Positions 60,244 to 64,000 of a DNA stretch of 64,000 bases are shown here, in pieces. The number at the start of each line of letters is the position of its first letter. The first letter of the stretch is position 1. Origin of the DNA: Trueperaceae bacterium (lineage in GTDB: Bacteria; Deinococcota; Deinococci; Deinococcales; Trueperaceae); contig JAXHLW010000013.1 in NCBI GenBank assembly GCA_034521815.1, forward strand, positions 992,001-1,056,000, given 5' to 3'. Below the pieces are notes generated by a model. The model was not told the origin of the DNA and did no database searches. It was given only the letters and a program-made list of their open reading frames with translations. The translations under genes and the position numbers were made by a program.

Positions 60244-61053
60244 GCGGTCCTCCGATCGGTCGAGCCGCCGGACGATCGTGCCCGGGGCGAACGAGAAGCT
60301 GCTGCGGACGTGCACCCGGACGCCGTAGCGCCTGGCGTACCAGACGCTGCGGGGGTGGAGCACCTTGGCGCCGAGCTGCGCCAGCTCGAGCATCTCGTCG
60401 TAGTCGACCTCGGGCAGCCGCGTCGCGCTCGGGACCAGGTGCGGATCGGTCGTGTACACGCCGTCGGTGTCGGTGAAGATCTCGCACTCCGCCGCCCCTA
60501 GCGCCGCCGCCAACGCCACCGCCGTGGTGTCGGACCCGCCGCGCCCCAGCGTGGCCGTGTCGCCCAGCGAGTTCAGTCCCTGAAAGCCGGCGACCGCGAC
60601 GACGCGGACCGTCGAAAGCGCGGCGCGGAGGCGCGTGGGGTCCACCTCGAGGATGCTGGCCTCGCCGTGGAGGTCGCTGGTCCGGAACCCCGCCTGAGCT
60701 CCGGTGAACGAGCGGGCCGGGACGTGCAGCGCCTGCAGCGCCAGGCAGAGCAGCGCGGTGGCTTGCTGCTCGCCCGTGGCCATCAAGGCGTCCAGCTCGC
60801 GACGGTCGGGCCGCGGCGTCAGCTCCCTCGCCATGCCCACCAGCCGATCGGTCGTGCGGCCCATCGCCGAGACGGTGACGACGACGCGGTCGCCCTGCTC
60901 GACCTGCCGGGCGATGCGCGCAGCGACCTTGCGGATGCGGTCCAGATCGCCGACGCTGGTTCCGCCGAACTTCCAGACGCGCAGGCCGGAGGCGGTGTCG
61001 GCGGCGTCGAGCGGTCGTGGGGACGTCGGGACGGGGCCCGGGGTGGCGTCCAT
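59752..61053 (-). CDS. lysC: Aspartate kinase (alpha subunit)
   Basis: KFGGTSV, VSAMG, GRGGSDTT, DGVYTTDP and two ACT domains. Confidence 0.95.
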   Translation of the reverse strand: MDATPGPVPTSPRPLDAADTASGLRVWKFGGTSVGDLDRIRKVAARIARQVEQGDRVVVTVSAMGRTTDRLVGMARELTPRPDRRELDALMATGEQQATALLCLALQALHVPARSFTGAQAGFRTSDLHGEASILEVDPTRLRAALSTVRVVAVAGFQGLNSLGDTATLGRGGSDTTAVALAAALGAAECEIFTDTDGVYTTDPHLVPSATRLPEVDYDEMLELAQLGAKVLHPRSVWYARRYGVRVHVRSSFSFAPGTIVRRLDRSEDRMITDSPVTGVALDRNHARIDLVGLPDTPGVAARLFRALGNAHVSVDMIIQGVPGEGASRQQMAFTVAEDLVPDALDAVAPILAEIGGHADASGDVAKLSIVGVAVGSTPGVAGTMFDAVASVGANIEMIATSEVRVSVVIPAEHAEDALKAVHRAFGLEAAPS

Positions 61054-61128
61054 AGGCCGCCGAGGATACCTCACGCGCACCGGGGTGAAGGGTCGAGAGT
61101 CCCGGTGGGCACGTGGTAGAAGGTCTGC

Positions 61129-62502
61129 ATGACGACCGACGGCGCACCCCTCCGTGTCGTGATCGTCGGGGCGGGCCCCTCCGGCCTGTTCGCGGCGGAC
61201 GCGCTCCTCAAGGCCCGCGACGACGTCCGGGTCGACGTCTTCGATCGACTCCCGACCCCGTACGGGCTGGTCCGCTACGGCGTCGCTCCCGATCACGCCA
61301 AGATCAAATCGGTCACGAAAGCGTTCGAGAAGACCTGCCGCGATCCTCGGCTCCGCTTCTTCGGCAACGTCGACATCGGCAAGGACGTCACGGTCGACGA
61401 GCTGCGCCGCTACGCCCACGCCGTGATCCTGGCGGTCGGCGCCTCGAGCGACCGCTCGCTGGGCGTTCCCGGCGAGGACCTCGCGGGCAGCCTGTCCGCG
61501 ACCGAGTTCGTCGCCTGGTACAACGGCCACCCCGACTACGTGGACCTGAACCCCCGATTGGACGCACCGCACGTCGCCGTGGTGGGGATGGGCAACGTCG
61601 CGGTCGACGTGGCTCGCATCCTCGCGAAGTCGGTGGACGAGCTGGCCGTCACCGACATCGCCGATCACGCGATCGAGGCGCTGGCCGAGAGCCGGGTCGA
61701 GGAGATCTCGATGCTGGGACGGCGGGGACCGGCCCAGGCGAAGTGGACCACGAAGGAGCTTCGCGAGCTGGGCGAGCTCGAGAACGCCGATCTGTACGTC
61801 GATCCGGCCGAGCTCGAGCTGGACGCCGCCTCGGCGGAGGCGGCCGAATCGGACGCGATGACGAAGCGCAATCTCGGGCTGCTCGCCGACTTCGCGGCGC
61901 AGGAGCCCCAGGGCAAGCCCCGGAAGCTGCACGTGCGGTTCTTCGTCTCCCCCGTCGAGCTTCACGGCGAAGGCCGGGTCGAACGCATGACCGTGGGCCG
62001 CAACCGGCTCGAGGAGCGCGAAGGGGGGTACCTGGCCGCCGTGGACACCGGCGAGCGCGAGACGCTCCCCGCCGACCTGGTGCTCCGCTCGGTGGGGTAC
62101 CGCGGCGTGGCGACGCCCGGCGTGCCGTTCGACGCTCGGCGCGGCGTGGTGCCGAACGAGGCCGGACGCGTCGTGGACGACGACGGTCGGGCGGTACCCG
62201 GCATGTACGTCGCGGGCTGGATCAAGCGCGGCCCCAGTGGCGTGATCGGCACGAACAAGGCGGATGCGGTCCGAACGGTGGAGGCGCTCCTCGCCGATCC
62301 CCTGCCCGAGCCCGAGGACGCGTCGGAGGCCGCGCTTCCCGCCATGCTGGCGAGCCGCGGCGTGTCCGTGGTGGACTTCGAGGGCTGGCTGGCGCTGGAC
62401 CGCGCCGAAGTGGACGCCGGCTCGGCGTCGGGACGTCCTCGCGTGAAGGTCGTGACGGTCGCCGACATGCTTCGGCAGGCGCAGCGCCCTGACGACAGCT
62501 AG
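61129..62502 (+). CDS. Ferredoxin--NADP+ reductase (adrenodoxin reductase/FprA type)
   Basis: GAGPSG, PYGLVRYGVAPDH, GMGNVAVD and GWIKRGPSGVIGTN. Confidence 0.93.
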   Translation: MTTDGAPLRVVIVGAGPSGLFAADALLKARDDVRVDVFDRLPTPYGLVRYGVAPDHAKIKSVTKAFEKTCRDPRLRFFGNVDIGKDVTVDELRRYAHAVILAVGASSDRSLGVPGEDLAGSLSATEFVAWYNGHPDYVDLNPRLDAPHVAVVGMGNVAVDVARILAKSVDELAVTDIADHAIEALAESRVEEISMLGRRGPAQAKWTTKELRELGELENADLYVDPAELELDAASAEAAESDAMTKRNLGLLADFAAQEPQGKPRKLHVRFFVSPVELHGEGRVERMTVGRNRLEEREGGYLAAVDTGERETLPADLVLRSVGYRGVATPGVPFDARRGVVPNEAGRVVDDDGRAVPGMYVAGWIKRGPSGVIGTNKADAVRTVEALLADPLPEPEDASEAALPAMLASRGVSVVDFEGWLALDRAEVDAGSASGRPRVKVVTVADMLRQAQRPDDS

Positions 62503-62589
62503 CTGCGAAGCGCCCGATCGAAAGCCACCAGCGCGAGGGGCCGGTCCGACCTCGCTTCGAGCGCGCCCCGCGAGTCCGGGGCGCGCTGG

Positions 62590-62623
62590 TTCGTGCCACC
62601 AACGATTTCGTGCCGCCAACGAT
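62590..62623 (+). repeat. 17-bp tandem duplication (TTCGTGCCRCCAACGAT)
   Basis: Copies at 62590 and 62607, one mismatch. Confidence 0.85.
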
Positions 62624-62764
62624 CCGAGCCACCCGACGACGCCTCGATCAGGCTCGTCAGTGAACGGCGATTCTCGTCGATAGACCGGCCTTTTCTGCAC
62701 GACGCGTCAGAAACAGCCGTACGATATTCATCAAGATGATGGACTCAATCGTGGCATATGGGGC

Positions 62765-62793
62765 TTGCGCAGGTGACACTGTGCACGTATCAT
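62765..62793 (+). promoter_or_regulatory. Putative sigma70 promoter of glnA
   Basis: TTGCGC-N17-TATCAT. Confidence 0.55.
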
Positions 62794-62863
62794 CGCCCGA
62801 CGGCCGGGCCGTCCCGGCGATCGGGACGCCTTCTCGTCCCGAATCCCATCTCAGGAGGAACCC

Positions 62864-64000
62864 ATGGCGCTATCCCGCAAGAAGATCCTGACCACCCTCA
62901 AAGAGCAGAACGTCAGCTTCATGCGCATGCAGTTCACCGACATCCTCGGCCACAACAAGAACGTCGAGGTGCCCGTCTCGCAGTTCGAGAAGGCGGTGGA
63001 CGGCGAGCTGATGTTCGACGGATCGTCGGTGCAGGGCTTCACGCGCATCGAAGAGTCCGACATGCTGCTCAAGCCCGATTTCGATACGTTCCTGATCTTC
63101 CCCGAGATCGTCGAAGGCGTCGGACGCGGCAAGGTCGCGCGGCTGATCTGCGACATCGCCAACCCCGACGGCTCGCCGTTCGAAGGTGACCCTCGCTACG
63201 CGCTGCGGCGCCAGATCGAGCGCCTCCAGGCGCTGGGCTTCGACGACCTGTCGGCGGGACCGGAGCCCGAGTTCTTCATGTTCACGCGCCATCCGGACGG
63301 CTCGCCCACGACGCATACCCACGACGCCGCCGGCTACTTCGATCTGGCGCCCCTGGATCGCGGCGAAGAGGCGCGTCGCGACATGGTGAACGCCCTCGTC
63401 GAGATGGGCTTCGAGATCGAAGCCGCGCACCACGAGGTGGCGCCCGGTCAGCACGAGATCGACTTCAAGTACGGCCCCGCCCTCGCGACGGCCGACAGCA
63501 TCGCCACGTTCCGCTACGTCGTGAAGCGGATCGCGCTCAACCACGGTCTGCACGCCACCTTCATGCCCAAGCCGGTCGCCGGGATCAACGGATCGGGCAT
63601 GCACACCCACATTTCGCTGTTCAAGAACGACAAGAACGCGTTCTTCGACGAGAAGGCCGACCTCCAGCTCAGCACGACCGCCTTGCAGTTCATCGGCGGC
63701 CTGCTGGATCACGCCACCGGCATGGTCGCGATCACGAACCCGACGGTGAACAGCTACAAGCGTTTGACGCCCGGCTACGAGGCGCCGACGAACATCGCCT
63801 GGTCGGCATCGAACCGCAGCGCGATGATCCGGATCCCGGCCCGGCGGGGCGTCGGAACGCGCTGCGAGCTGCGGATGCCCGATCCGACCTGCAACCCGTA
63901 CTTGGCCCTGGCCGTGATGACGGCCGCCGGCCTCGACGGGATCGAGCGCGGGCTCACCCCGCCTCCCGCGATCCAGCGCAACATCTTCGACATGAGCGTA
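62864..64000 (+). CDS. glnA: Type I glutamine synthetase, 3'-truncated by window
   Basis: AGGAGG RBS; my translation gives [41 protein letters not shown] and [10 protein letters not shown]. Confidence 0.96.
   Translation, partial: MALSRKKILTTLKEQNVSFMRMQFTDILGHNKNVEVPVSQFEKAVDGELMFDGSSVQGFTRIEESDMLLKPDFDTFLIFPEIVEGVGRGKVARLICDIANPDGSPFEGDPRYALRRQIERLQALGFDDLSAGPEPEFFMFTRHPDGSPTTHTHDAAGYFDLAPLDRGEEARRDMVNALVEMGFEIEAAHHEVAPGQHEIDFKYGPALATADSIATFRYVVKRIALNHGLHATFMPKPVAGINGSGMHTHISLFKNDKNAFFDEKADLQLSTTALQFIGGLLDHATGMVAITNPTVNSYKRLTPGYEAPTNIAWSASNRSAMIRIPARRGVGTRCELRMPDPTCNPYLALAVMTAAGLDGIERGLTPPPAIQRNIFDMSV

Noticed and set aside
59752-62700. 982-aa extended aspartokinase
   Set aside because: The extension is antisense to the ferredoxin-NADP reductase; kinase homology begins near 61053.

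Overview
A very GC-rich bacterial chromosomal segment (about 70% or more by eye). The gene set and protein styles (tig-clpP-clpX after tRNA-Leu, rho, type-2 IleRS, alpha/beta aspartokinase, ATL protein) fit Deinococcota, possibly Trueperaceae; this is an inference. It is mostly housekeeping and metabolic DNA, with about 60 CDS, six tRNAs (Arg-CCT, Pro-TGG, Gly-TCC, Arg-TCT, His-GTG, Leu-TAG) and an Ile T-box upstream of ileS. I saw no CRISPR array, integrase or transposase. At least nine genes, including the normally essential ileS, carry short indels, which points to uncorrected long-read or MAG errors rather than pseudogenes. Most notable candidates: (1) a divergent Fur-family regulator with a palindromic operator, facing an ATPase-less family-5 ABC importer and a PIG-L-fold protein lacking both canonical metal motifs; (2) an ABC importer, sulfatase, PfkB kinase and GH4 cluster suggesting PTS-independent sulfated-sugar catabolism; (3) an Ile T-box with no U-tract terminator driving a GVHH-motif IleRS2 coupled to a LIV-type transporter; (4) a GrpB protein fused to a second nucleotidyltransferase domain; (5) Rho with an N-terminal low-complexity extension of about 200 aa; (6) an SbtA/SbtB pair; (7) a collapsed RLAN/GNAT remnant; (8) many short tandem micro-duplications.
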